From positions 128,001 through 192,000 of the forward strand of contig JAUVNS010000010.1 in the NCBI GenBank assembly GCA_030599585.1: a stretch of DNA of 64,000 nt, in the 5' to 3' direction. The stretch is from Promethearchaeota archaeon. Its GTDB lineage: Archaea > Asgardarchaeota > Lokiarchaeia > Sigyniarchaeales > SOKP01. Positions 28,599-38,535 of the stretch are shown here, piece by piece (position 1 is the stretch's first letter; every line of letters starts with the position of its first letter). A model generated the notes under the pieces. The model had not been told where the DNA came from, did not search any database, and worked only from the letters and a program-made list of their open reading frames with translations. The translations under genes and the position numbers were made by a program.

Positions 28599-29495
28599 CT
28601 ATAAATTTCTAATATATTCCACCAAATAACTGGATAAAGCGTTTTCTACGTTTTTTATCCCTCTAAATCCAGGAAAATCGTTTAAATCGATTAGATAAAA
28701 ACGATCCTTATCTATTAGTTTTATTAAATCAAATCCAAAAATTTTAAGGTTAAGTTCTTTTGATAAGATTTCAGCGAGTTCTCTAATTTCTTCAGATATT
28801 TTAAATTCCTTCCTTTTAATCGTGTCAACATTGATATTATTTGGCTTATCTCTTAAAAAGATATAAATCGGATTTTCTCTTATAATACCAAAAGCTTTAT
28901 CTCCTATTACATAAACCTTCCTTTCAAATCCATCACATTCAATAAATTTCTGAATATAAATGTCGTAATATAAAAGGTGTTTATACCGATTGCAAAAGGT
29001 ATCTACTTCTTCAATCTTTCTAACTAAGAAGTTAAATCTATTATATTTGTCGTGCTGGTAATGACTTTTAATTACAATTGGAAGTTTATGTAAAGCCCAT
29101 TTTTTAAACTTTGAGAGATCTGTAGCATTATTATTCCAAGAGTTAGGAATTGAAAACTTTTTACTAATTTGAGGATGGTCTTTAAATACCCTTCTTAGAG
29201 CGTAATCAAGCGATATCTTATTTTTGCACATTAGAACGGTATCGACACTATGTAGTGTTGGAATTTTATTTGTTTTAGCGTAATGAAGTAAATCAATGGA
29301 ACAATCGTTTCTTACTTTGACTATAATTAAATCTGCTTCTTTAATCGCTTTAGGCATTCTAGAAAGGTTAAAAAACTTTTTTGTAGGATCGTGAAAGTGT
29401 AAGTTAACATCGGGTAACTTTTTAAGCTTATTTATAACACCCTTAACTATTTCGTGATCTTCCCTTGCTGAAAAAACGACATTTCTTATCATCAA
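28599..29495 (-). CDS. ATP-grasp protein, ITPK1-like inositol phosphate kinase candidate
   Basis: YIQKFI, RKVYVIG, IFGFDLI, YLIDLNDFPGF (cf. ITPK1 IDINxFPG); near ino1. Confidence 0.75.
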   Translation of the reverse strand: MMIRNVVFSAREDHEIVKGVINKLKKLPDVNLHFHDPTKKFFNLSRMPKAIKEADLIIVKVRNDCSIDLLHYAKTNKIPTLHSVDTVLMCKNKISLDYALRRVFKDHPQISKKFSIPNSWNNNATDLSKFKKWALHKLPIVIKSHYQHDKYNRFNFLVRKIEEVDTFCNRYKHLLYYDIYIQKFIECDGFERKVYVIGDKAFGIIRENPIYIFLRDKPNNINVDTIKRKEFKISEEIRELAEILSKELNLKIFGFDLIKLIDKDRFYLIDLNDFPGFRGIKNVENALSSYLVEYIRNL

Positions 29496-29608
29496 TTAAA
29501 AATAAAGAAGCGCAGAAAATTCTTAAATTTTCCCTCAATGATTACTTTCTTTTTGTATTGTATATTTTAGAAAAATAATAATTTCTTTGAAAAAATGGAG
29601 ATATTAAT

Positions 29609-30880
29609 TTGAAAGAAAAAGTGTTTAGTAAATTTCTCAGAAGACAAGTGTTATTAATTGGTCTGCTCTACATGGGAGATTACCTTTTCTTCTTTTTTGA
29701 GCAGAATTATTTCAATACTTACTTAGATCATGTCCTCTTTTTACCAAAAATATTCATATCAATTATGGTTTCTTTATCAGCTGCAATGGGTCTCATAATA
29801 ATGCTAGTTTGGGGGATTTTAAGCGATAATACTAGGACTAAATTTGGTCGAAGACGACCTTATTTATTATTAGGAGGAATCATAGCTGGTCTAGCTATGA
29901 TGTTTTACGGATTGTCAGGGAATTATTTTATATGTCTAATTATCGATGTGGTAATTATCGGACTCGCTTCAAATGCATTTTTAGTTGCTGAACGATCTCT
30001 TATCCCAGATACATTTGAAGTTGAGAAAAGGGGACGAGCAAATGGTATTATAAACTCAATTAGTTATATAGGCTTATTAATCGGTGTAGCATTCTTTCTA
30101 CTTGTAAATGAATTATATGGAATTCCAGATCCTCGTCCAGATCCAATAGGTACAATTTTAACTCAACAAGGCCACTTTATCTTATTATCTGTTGGAGGAA
30201 TTGTATTTGCTTCAGTTGGAATCATAGGCTTCTTATTCATAAAAGAGGAACCAGTGTCAGAACTTCCGGAGAAAAAAAAGTTTTATGTTGAATTAAAGCA
30301 AATTTTTAATCTAGCAGAATTGAAATCCCATAAAGAATTCTATAAAATTCTTCTAGCATTGGTCATATTCCAATCAGGGATTTCTTCGATAATGCCGTTT
30401 TTATTTATTTTCATCTTCAATCAAGGGCTCACAACTCTGCAACTCTTATTAGGGATCGCTATCGCATTACCAGGTGTATTAGTTGCAACCATTTATTTAG
30501 GAAGATTGTCGGATAAATTTGGAAGAAAAAGATTCGTACCAATATCTATGATTATAGTAAGCATAGGATATCTTATAATGCCATTTGCTTCAGGCAATTA
30601 CATTCTATTTATAATTGGATTGCCATTTGTGTTAGTAGGTGTATTATCATTAGTAACACCCCTAAATGCGTGGTCTCAAGATTTGTTACCAGTTGATAAA
30701 CGGGGAAAATTTACAGGAATACTAAATATTGTTAACACCTTATCTCAAATTATAGGTTCCTTCGCAGGTGGCATAGTTGCTGAATTATTTGGCCTTCCTT
30801 GGATATTCATACTCGGTCCTGTCTTTTTTCTAGCCTCGATTCCACTATTTTTGAAAGTAAAAGAAACTGTAAATTTATAA
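29609..30880 (+). CDS. MFS transporter (GPH/sugar-like)
   Basis: About 12 TM helices; GILSDNTRTKFGRRRPY and GRLSDKFGRK motifs. Confidence 0.9.
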   Translation: MKEKVFSKFLRRQVLLIGLLYMGDYLFFFFEQNYFNTYLDHVLFLPKIFISIMVSLSAAMGLIIMLVWGILSDNTRTKFGRRRPYLLLGGIIAGLAMMFYGLSGNYFICLIIDVVIIGLASNAFLVAERSLIPDTFEVEKRGRANGIINSISYIGLLIGVAFFLLVNELYGIPDPRPDPIGTILTQQGHFILLSVGGIVFASVGIIGFLFIKEEPVSELPEKKKFYVELKQIFNLAELKSHKEFYKILLALVIFQSGISSIMPFLFIFIFNQGLTTLQLLLGIAIALPGVLVATIYLGRLSDKFGRKRFVPISMIIVSIGYLIMPFASGNYILFIIGLPFVLVGVLSLVTPLNAWSQDLLPVDKRGKFTGILNIVNTLSQIIGSFAGGIVAELFGLPWIFILGPVFFLASIPLFLKVKETVNL

Positions 30881-31101
30881 ATAAAATTTGACTCTTTTTT
30901 CTTATTTCTTTTTTTTACTTCTTTTAGGAGTTTATGATGATTTTCATCTACAAATATCTCCAATCAAATAATTTCAATAGTGTCAAAAATATCATAAATC
31001 TAATAAATAGAAACCATCTCTATAGTTTATTTCAAGATGATTTAAATAATACTTTTTAATATAGATACTATAACGGCGACCACTATAAATTTAGAAAAAA
31101 G

Positions 31102-32205
31102 TTGAATAAAATGACTGAAAAGGATATAAAAGTTGCAATTATCGGAGTAGGTGACGTTGCAAGCGCATTAGTTGCGGGAATCGAGAATTACAAAAAAAAT
31201 CCAGATAAGATCATTGGTTTATTACCAGAAATTACTCAATATGGAGTAGAAGACATAAAATTTGTCCTTGGTATTGATGTTAATGCTAATAAAATTGGTA
31301 AAGATCTAAGTGAAGCTATTTTTGTTGAACCAAATTGCAATAGGAAAACATTTGAGCCTGGAATTTTAGATGCTCCTGTCCTTAAAGGTCCAATATTAGA
31401 TGGTCTAAAAAGTAATATAAAAAACATTATACCTGTTATTGATACTCAAAAACCCGTAGACCTTGTGGAAGAGTTAAAAAAACGGAATGTTGATGTTGTT
31501 GTTATTTTGCTCCCAACAGGTTGCCATGAAGCGGTTAAATTCTATGCTATGGCAAGCCTTGATGCTGGAGCTTGTGTAATTAACGGTATGCCTTCACATG
31601 TAGTTAAAGATTCAGAAATTGTTGAAAAAGCTATAAAATTAGAACTTCCATTGATCGGTGACGATGTCAAGTCTCAAATAGGAGCTACTATAATACATCG
31701 ATCGTTAGCAAATCTTTTTCCAATGCGGGGAGCAATTCTTGACAGAACTATACAGCTTGATTGGGGAGGATCATCGGATTTCTGCAATTTATTAACCCCT
31801 CAATCTAATGGTGAATTAATATATGAGGAAGGAAAACGCCAATCTAAAACTGAATCGGTAATAGCAAATCTACAGAATAAGGATGATGTGGATTGTCGAA
31901 TATCTGCTGTAGATTATATCCCCTTCTTAAAGAATCAAAAAGAGGCTTATATGAGATTAGAAGGGAGAATTTTTGGTGGTGCCTCTGTGCGAGTTGATGT
32001 TACCATGTTTGTAGAAGATGGTAATAATTCCGCAGGAATTATAGCTGACTGTATAAGGGTTATAAAAATTGCTAAAGATCGTAAAATTGGGGGTGTTTTA
32101 CAATCAGCTTGCTCGTTTTTTAATAAGCACCCTCCAGAACAATTAGATGATTATGTCGCAAAAAAACAACTTGTCGAATTTTTAGAAAATAGAAGAGAAC
32201 GATAG
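31102..32205 (+). CDS. ino1: myo-inositol-1-phosphate synthase
   Basis: VAIIGVG..AS, IGDDVKSQIGATIIHR, SKTESV, DYIPFL, ED..NSAG, FFNKHPP. True start may be ATG 31111. Confidence 0.92.
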   Translation: MNKMTEKDIKVAIIGVGDVASALVAGIENYKKNPDKIIGLLPEITQYGVEDIKFVLGIDVNANKIGKDLSEAIFVEPNCNRKTFEPGILDAPVLKGPILDGLKSNIKNIIPVIDTQKPVDLVEELKKRNVDVVVILLPTGCHEAVKFYAMASLDAGACVINGMPSHVVKDSEIVEKAIKLELPLIGDDVKSQIGATIIHRSLANLFPMRGAILDRTIQLDWGGSSDFCNLLTPQSNGELIYEEGKRQSKTESVIANLQNKDDVDCRISAVDYIPFLKNQKEAYMRLEGRIFGGASVRVDVTMFVEDGNNSAGIIADCIRVIKIAKDRKIGGVLQSACSFFNKHPPEQLDDYVAKKQLVEFLENRRER

Positions 32206-32237
32206 TAAGATACTCGAAACTTGATACTTTTGGAAAT

Positions 32238-33149
32238 TTAACTCTTAGCTTTAACAAATGCGTTTCGATATATTTCTCTTGTATTAATTAAATTGTAAAT
32301 ATGATCTGAAATTAAACTTATTCCTTCTGGCACGCTCCTAAAGCTAGGAAAATCATTAATATCTACAATATAAGGTCCATCTTCAGTTAATATGTAATCT
32401 AGGCCGAAAACTGACATGCCAAACTTTCGACCTAATCGAATTATCCTTTTTTTCAATGGATCCTCAACTGGAATCCTAATATGGACGAGTTCCAGAGGAG
32501 ATAATTTATCCAATCGTTGTAAACGATTATGGGAGGTTATTGAAACAACCCAATTACCTATCGCATAAATTTTATAGAGAATATCATGTTCACCTAAATA
32601 TTCTTGGAAAAATAAATCGTTTTCATTATAGTTTTTTATCAATTCAAGTAATTCTCTATGATTTTTAGCGATACCGATTATTCTATCGTTCTTAGGTAAA
32701 TCTGGAATGTTATGAGAATTTAATTTTACAATAATTGGTATTCCTTTTTGAGAAACATGAGTTGCTTCTAATTTAGTGGAAAAAGAGGGTGGTGTTAAGA
32801 TTTTTTTGTAATTTTTTTGTATAAAATTAAAAGTGTTTTGCCTACTCTCACATAACTGAACGGATTCTAGCGTGTTCAGAAGAGGAATTTCAGGACATGT
32901 TTTTTTAACGATTCTATAGATTTTTTCATTTAACTCTTGAGTTGTCAGTTTTACAATCAAAAACGAAATCGGATATTTCCTTAATCGCTTTTCTAGATAC
33001 TTAGCGTTAAACGATTCTAATCCGTTTTTCATTAAATTAACTATTGTTATGTTGTAATTTTTAATTAAAAACGTCTTGATTGTCTCTAAAACTTCAAGAT
33101 CTCTATTACAAATGGCTCCAATATATTTTTTCTTTAAATTATTCGCCAT
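32238..33149 (-). CDS. ATP-grasp protein, ITPK1-like inositol phosphate kinase candidate
   Basis: FQEYL.EH.ILYKIYAIG, VFGLDYI, YIVDINDFPSF; adjacent to ino1. Confidence 0.75.
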   Translation of the reverse strand: MANNLKKKYIGAICNRDLEVLETIKTFLIKNYNITIVNLMKNGLESFNAKYLEKRLRKYPISFLIVKLTTQELNEKIYRIVKKTCPEIPLLNTLESVQLCESRQNTFNFIQKNYKKILTPPSFSTKLEATHVSQKGIPIIVKLNSHNIPDLPKNDRIIGIAKNHRELLELIKNYNENDLFFQEYLGEHDILYKIYAIGNWVVSITSHNRLQRLDKLSPLELVHIRIPVEDPLKKRIIRLGRKFGMSVFGLDYILTEDGPYIVDINDFPSFRSVPEGISLISDHIYNLINTREIYRNAFVKAKS

Positions 33150-33340
33150 TTAAAAAACCCTTTCAATTTGATTTCTAAAAAACAAATTAAAATATATAAA
33201 TGTATTGATAAATAAGTCCGAGTAATATTTCTATTTAGTTTATTATTTTTTCGTTATTATATATACTTTAAAATAATTTAGTTTTATAATATTCATAAAG
33301 GAAAGATTTTTTCATCGACGCGTTTAGTTGGGGTGGTGAT

Positions 33341-34159
33341 TTGATAAAAATAGGATTATTGACGGACAGTTACCATTTAGAGAAAAAATCGATTCAATTC
33401 TTAAAATATATTAAACCATTAGCTGAAATATCAATTTATCTCGAAGAAGACTATCTAATTGATTTCTCTAATTACTTTTTCGATGAAGACATTTTTTTTG
33501 TGAAAGCGAAAGGAGACTTAATATTAAATTTAGTGAAATTAATAGAGAAAGAAACCAGTATTCCAGTGATTAATTCATCAAGAGGTATCTCTCTTGCTTT
33601 CAATAGATTTTTAAATAGCGTTGTCTTAAGAAGAGCCGGGATTCAAGTTCCCGATTTTTCATTAAATCCAGTAGATCACCCACCCCCCTTTAATGAATAC
33701 ATAATCAAGAATATTAGGGATCAAAAAAATTATGCATTTAATCCTCAAGTTCAGAAAAAAGAGGGATATTTAAGGGTAGTTGATGTTCGCGCTATTGATG
33801 AATCAAGTGGAAATTACCCAAAATACACACATCTTTATTATCAAGATTTTATAAAGAGTAAATGGGAATATAAAGTGTATCTTGTAGGTGAAAACCTTTT
33901 TTACTTCAAGCAATTACCAGTTTTAATAAATCCAGATAAAATGAAATCTAGAACAAAAATAGAGAAAATTCCGGAATTAACAGAAATGGCTTATACTGCT
34001 ACTGAAGCATTGGGATTAAAAGTAAGTTCTATGGATTTCTTAAAATCAAAAGACGGAAATTATTTCTTAACAGATATAAATGCATCCCCAAATTTTAATT
34101 ACATCAAGAATGGCCCTAAAATTATAGGAGATTATCTAATAAAACAAGCTAAAATTTAG
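33341..34159 (+). CDS. ATP-grasp protein (ITPK1/RimK-like)
   Basis: YQDFI, YKVYLVG, SMDFL, TDINASPNF. TTG start after GGTGGTGA. Confidence 0.75.
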   Translation: MIKIGLLTDSYHLEKKSIQFLKYIKPLAEISIYLEEDYLIDFSNYFFDEDIFFVKAKGDLILNLVKLIEKETSIPVINSSRGISLAFNRFLNSVVLRRAGIQVPDFSLNPVDHPPPFNEYIIKNIRDQKNYAFNPQVQKKEGYLRVVDVRAIDESSGNYPKYTHLYYQDFIKSKWEYKVYLVGENLFYFKQLPVLINPDKMKSRTKIEKIPELTEMAYTATEALGLKVSSMDFLKSKDGNYFLTDINASPNFNYIKNGPKIIGDYLIKQAKI

Positions 34160-34173
34160 GAAGAAGTGCAATT

Positions 34174-34956
34174 ATGAAAATAGGAATTTTATCAAAAAGG
34201 AAGGGGCATTTCGCAGGGGAAATTCAAAAATATCTTGAAATTAAAGGGCATGAAGTAAAAATATTAACGGCAGATGATTTAAATGTCAATGAGATGCTTC
34301 TTAAAAGAGATTTCTATATATTAAAATCTAAACACTTACTTTATCTTTATGCAGGTTATTTTTTAGAGGCTAATATGATTCCAGTCATTCCAAACACTAA
34401 TATTAGCTATATTCATAAAAATCGTGTTGAATCGTATTTCTCTATGAAAAAGCTTGGTTTATTATGTCCAAAAATTTATATGGGTACCTTTAAAACTCTG
34501 AAAAATCAACTTCAAGAGTCAAATTTTCCCCTCATTTCTAAACCTATGTATGGGTCTGGAAGTAAAGGCGTCAAAGTGTATAATTCTCTTCAAGATTTTA
34601 ATGTTCGCACTAATAAATATCTCTATCTCGAAAATTACATCAAAGGAACACATTATTTAGCTTATTTTATAGAAAATGAAATCTGTATATGTAAAAAAAG
34701 ACCTCTCTCAAATGAACATCAAGAAACGGAAGTAATCGAATCTGATAAAGAAATAGAAAAATATCTTATTAAGTGGAAGGAAAAATATAATCTGTTATTT
34801 GGACATCTTGATCTAGTTAGAGAAACGAATACTAATAAGTTATACGTGGTAGATGCGGGTACTTTTCCTGAATTCTCTAATTGGAAACATGATACGGATC
34901 CAATTTCGAAAGTATGTGATTTAATTTTAAAGGAATATAGGGTTGTAAAGAATTAA
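34174..34956 (+). CDS. ATP-grasp protein (ITPK1/RimK-like, divergent)
   Basis: KPMYGSGSKGV, LENYI, FGHLDLV, YVVDAGTFPEF. Confidence 0.7.
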   Translation: MKIGILSKRKGHFAGEIQKYLEIKGHEVKILTADDLNVNEMLLKRDFYILKSKHLLYLYAGYFLEANMIPVIPNTNISYIHKNRVESYFSMKKLGLLCPKIYMGTFKTLKNQLQESNFPLISKPMYGSGSKGVKVYNSLQDFNVRTNKYLYLENYIKGTHYLAYFIENEICICKKRPLSNEHQETEVIESDKEIEKYLIKWKEKYNLLFGHLDLVRETNTNKLYVVDAGTFPEFSNWKHDTDPISKVCDLILKEYRVVKN

Positions 34957-35002
34957 ATAGATGTAAATAATAATTGAAAGAATTAGGAATTAATTTCAAT
35001 TC

Positions 35003-36124
35003 CTATTTGGATTCTTTTTCTTCTGAGTCTTGCTCTTGTTCTTTATTATACTCTTCTATTTTTTGCATGACAGATTCTGACGCTGTTGGAGGTGCTGGCA
35101 TCTTCTCATATACTTCAATGAACTTGACATCTTCGATTTCATCCCCCATATGAGTCTGTAAATCCATAGCTAACCCGAATTTAAGATATGTTAAGTTTTG
35201 AAATAGGAGCATTTTAGGAACGGTAATTTCTAGAGTTTTGTCCTTCAAAAGATTTACGATAAATTCAGATGCGGTTTCCTTAGGAATTCCCTTTGAAATC
35301 AAAAAGTAATCGATTTTTTCATTAAATGATTCGATCTTATCTACTATTTCAAGGTTGTAATCTATTGACTGTCCTGCTAGAGGATGATTGTAATCAATAA
35401 TTACTTTGCCTTGAAGAATATTTGTAATAACTCCTCTCTGTCCCTTTTTATTTGTAAAGTCGGAACCGTATTCAGGATTCTTACCGTCGTTCAATTTTCT
35501 AAATTTAGCTATGCCAATTCTTTCGATTTTTTGAGGTTCTCTTTTACCAAAGGCTTTAGTAGGGGGAATTTTTACCGATTTCTTTTGAAAATAATTCATA
35601 TCTTTAATAGTTTCAGTTAAACCTTCATTTATAAATCCCGGTTTTCCAATAATTACAAATTCCGGAGTGTAATATCCTTGTTGAGCTTTTTCTTCTTCGT
35701 ACATTCCTGCTTTTTTAGCATCTTCTTCAGAAGATACTCTAAAAATCTTTCCTTTTTGCGTCCTCGCTGTCATCTTAAGTAAAACGAAATCACCTTCTTC
35801 TACCTTTTTCCCTTCTAACTTCGTTTTCTTCTCTTCTAGTTTTTTAGCTTCTTCTTCTTCCTTTTTTGCTTTCTCTACGTCTTCTGAAGGTTGATCAGGA
35901 ACTGCATCATCACTTTCTTTAGTAGCCTTTTTTGGTTCGTTTAATAATTCTTTAGCGTTACTCACGAATTTTTCAGCTGTAGCTTTTCCAATTCCTTTCA
36001 ATTGCGTTAAATCTTCCACACTTGAGTTTGCTAACTTCTCAACGGAATCAATACCCGCTTCAATTAGCACATCTTTTTTTTTGCCTAAGCCTTTCACATC
36101 TTCTAAACTCATAGAAAGTACCAT
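35003..36124 (-). CDS. Long-type FKBP peptidyl-prolyl isomerase with N-terminal HhH domain
   Basis: N-term VKGLG...LKGIGKATA HhH pair; FKBP motifs GDFV, IPPTKAFGKR, IDYNHPLAG; archaeal C-terminal domain. Confidence 0.88.
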   Translation of the reverse strand: MVLSMSLEDVKGLGKKKDVLIEAGIDSVEKLANSSVEDLTQLKGIGKATAEKFVSNAKELLNEPKKATKESDDAVPDQPSEDVEKAKKEEEEAKKLEEKKTKLEGKKVEEGDFVLLKMTARTQKGKIFRVSSEEDAKKAGMYEEEKAQQGYYTPEFVIIGKPGFINEGLTETIKDMNYFQKKSVKIPPTKAFGKREPQKIERIGIAKFRKLNDGKNPEYGSDFTNKKGQRGVITNILQGKVIIDYNHPLAGQSIDYNLEIVDKIESFNEKIDYFLISKGIPKETASEFIVNLLKDKTLEITVPKMLLFQNLTYLKFGLAMDLQTHMGDEIEDVKFIEVYEKMPAPPTASESVMQKIEEYNKEQEQDSEEKESK

Positions 36125-36194
36125 TAAGTATAAGTAGTTAAATTGTTGCTAGTAGGATTTAAGAATTAATCATTCCTTATTATTTTTTCTAAAA

Positions 36195-37307
36195 CTAAGA
36201 GACTGGCTCGTACAAGATTCCTAGCTCGTCAGCATATTTTCTAACTTTTTGAATTTCCTCTAAATTAGGTTTACGATTTATTTCAGGATATTGAGACGCT
36301 TTGTACTCTGGATGAAACTGCGCCATGAGGTTCATAACCGCTTTTGGAAGTTCTTTCGCGACAAAATCTAATATGGGTTTAGAACAACATTCAATGTGAT
36401 TAGGCATAATTAAGTGTCGGATTATCATTTCTCCGCTTCCCTCATCGTGGATTCTTTTATGATTTCTGACAATGACATCGAAGTAATTTTCAATACCAGA
36501 GTATTTCATGCCGCATTCATTATTTCCAAATTTCCAGTCTGGCAACCAAAAATCGATTAGATCAATCATTAAAGATAGGGATTTTTCTGTTAAGTAAAAG
36601 TTTGAATTCCATAATTGAGTTATGTTTGATGTTTGATATTGTAAGCTACCAACAATAGTGTGGATATTTGGAATTGGATCTCCTCCTACATAATTAATAT
36701 TAATAGCGCCTTTCTCAACTAATCTGTCTGCAAGAGCTGCTAATTGCTTTACATCAACTTTTTGAGCAACATCCTCGATTTTTCTTCGCTCTTTCCACTT
36801 TTGAGAAATATCGTAGTTTTGGCAGAAAACACACCCAAAATTGCATCCTTGGAAAAAGATAGTGCCACTCGGGATTAATGGTGCTTCCTCTCCCATATGA
36901 AGAAAAGCAGAAGAAACATACGAGTCTTTTGATATAAGGCAAAAACCCTTTTCACCGCCAGCTCGATTAACTTGACATCGTCTTTCGCAAAAACAGCAAT
37001 TTTCAAGATATTTATTTGCTAGATTTTCAACCAAACTAATATAATTCTTCTTGTATACTTGGCGGTTTTCAATATTTTCAGGGGATTTATTCAATAAGAG
37101 ATTAAACGCCTTAGATTTTTCTAACAACAAATTCTCTAAGTTTTTAATTGAATCGTTTATATCAAAGTCACATTCTATACTTTTTGCGATTATATACCGT
37201 GCAAATTCTTTATCATCAATGATACCACGATACCTTGGAAATCGTGTGCGAAGCTCTTCATTGTTCCAAACCGAAGCTGAGTCTGGCCGAAGAATTCTAA
37301 AAACCAT
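36195..37307 (-). CDS. Radical SAM protein, PflX-like
   Basis: CCFCERRC.VNR, H.GEE.PL.PSGTIFF.GCNFGCVFCQN, VGGDP, IIRHLIMPNH..CC. Confidence 0.9.
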   Translation of the reverse strand: MVFRILRPDSASVWNNEELRTRFPRYRGIIDDKEFARYIIAKSIECDFDINDSIKNLENLLLEKSKAFNLLLNKSPENIENRQVYKKNYISLVENLANKYLENCCFCERRCQVNRAGGEKGFCLISKDSYVSSAFLHMGEEAPLIPSGTIFFQGCNFGCVFCQNYDISQKWKERRKIEDVAQKVDVKQLAALADRLVEKGAININYVGGDPIPNIHTIVGSLQYQTSNITQLWNSNFYLTEKSLSLMIDLIDFWLPDWKFGNNECGMKYSGIENYFDVIVRNHKRIHDEGSGEMIIRHLIMPNHIECCSKPILDFVAKELPKAVMNLMAQFHPEYKASQYPEINRKPNLEEIQKVRKYADELGILYEPVS

Positions 37308-37368
37308 TTGGTTTTAACTCTTTTTTGTCTTGATTACGGTTAATTGCATAAAAATAGGGAGAATAACA

Positions 37369-38097
37369 TTATATATCAAAACTAAGCCATTTAATAATGT
37401 TAGATAGAAATGGTATGTTATCTCCTGCATCTAATCCAAACTCATCTTCAATAAGCCAATCAGATGAGCCAATAGTTACACATCTCCCACTGAAAAAATT
37501 ACTAACGGCACAGATAGGGACAATACCGATACTTCCCTGGTCATTATCAGCGAGATATTTGAATTCTGCTTTTTCTGAAGTCACTATTATATCTTCAACA
37601 TCTTCTTCAGTTATTGTAAAAAATGTACAGTTAGGGAGTACAATTTCAGTTATACCCTGTGTGATCGGATGTACGAACAAATCATTTATCAACACATTTT
37701 GTTTATTTACTAAAAAATGTGATGATGCTTCCTGTATCGTTCCATTCCAATATCTTCGTACCCCAGTCATTTTATATAACACTCTGATAGAACCCAACTT
37801 CATTGGAACATCGCGATCTCCGCCGGCGCCAGTAGTTAAAAAAAGTCCGCCGCCCTCTCCGACATATTGCTTAATTGCTAATAATTCGTCTTTGGTGAAT
37901 TTATCGTCTTTACTATCCATGGTTTGTTGAATATTTCCCATAAATAAAACGTCAAAGCCTTCAAGTAAATCGTGGTCAATAGGACCTTCATTCTTGTCTA
38001 TGTATTCGACCTCAAACTCATCCTCACCCATTGAAAATTCTGGAAATTCTTCTATTTTTTCTCGATGAGATAAATCAACTATGATACTGTAAGGCAT
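37369..38097 (-). CDS. Stand-alone GIFT (GldG/IFT52/DUF4350-like) domain protein
   Basis: IVDLSHRE, FTKDEL.AIKQYV.EGGGLF, HPITQGI, GRCVTIGSS, DN..FL.NII.WL. Confidence 0.7.
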   Translation of the reverse strand: MPYSIIVDLSHREKIEEFPEFSMGEDEFEVEYIDKNEGPIDHDLLEGFDVLFMGNIQQTMDSKDDKFTKDELLAIKQYVGEGGGLFLTTGAGGDRDVPMKLGSIRVLYKMTGVRRYWNGTIQEASSHFLVNKQNVLINDLFVHPITQGITEIVLPNCTFFTITEEDVEDIIVTSEKAEFKYLADNDQGSIGIVPICAVSNFFSGRCVTIGSSDWLIEDEFGLDAGDNIPFLSNIIKWLSFDI

Positions 38098-38535
38098 TTT
38101 AACGCTACTCCAAGGCTACTTTGTAGTTATATTAATTATGTAGAAAAGTAAATTCAAATTTGTTCTAAGTGTATATTCTATTATCTAAAATAATATAATT
38201 TTTATTTTTAAAGATATGGTATTATTATTAAAGGTTTCTAAATCGGAATACTGCTAGCGCAAAGTTTAAATATTTAGAGGAGAAAATATAAAGGATCAAA
38301 AAAATAAAGCACATTTATTTTCACAGACCTCTTCTCTATGTAAATTTTCTGCAGATAAAATTTAAAGGAATTTAAATGATTTTAACCTCATCAAATACCA
38401 AGAATTACATCATATAAGGTCTAACTCTAAGGCTGTGTGTAGATGTACCTATTTAGTAATAGAGTCAGTTTAATGTATATTTATCAATTTTAAAGAGTAT
38501 AGGACAAATAGAATTAAAAATATATTACAAAGTGA

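Noticed and set aside
28599-34956. RimK/LysX or RiPP (graspetide) ligase cluster
   Set aside because: C-terminal D-x-N (not E-x-N) motifs, ino1 linkage and no precursor peptide favour ITPK1-like kinases.
36195-37307. Radical SAM as the sulfatase-maturating enzyme
   Set aside because: Motifs are PflX-like, with no C-terminal SPASM Cys cluster.
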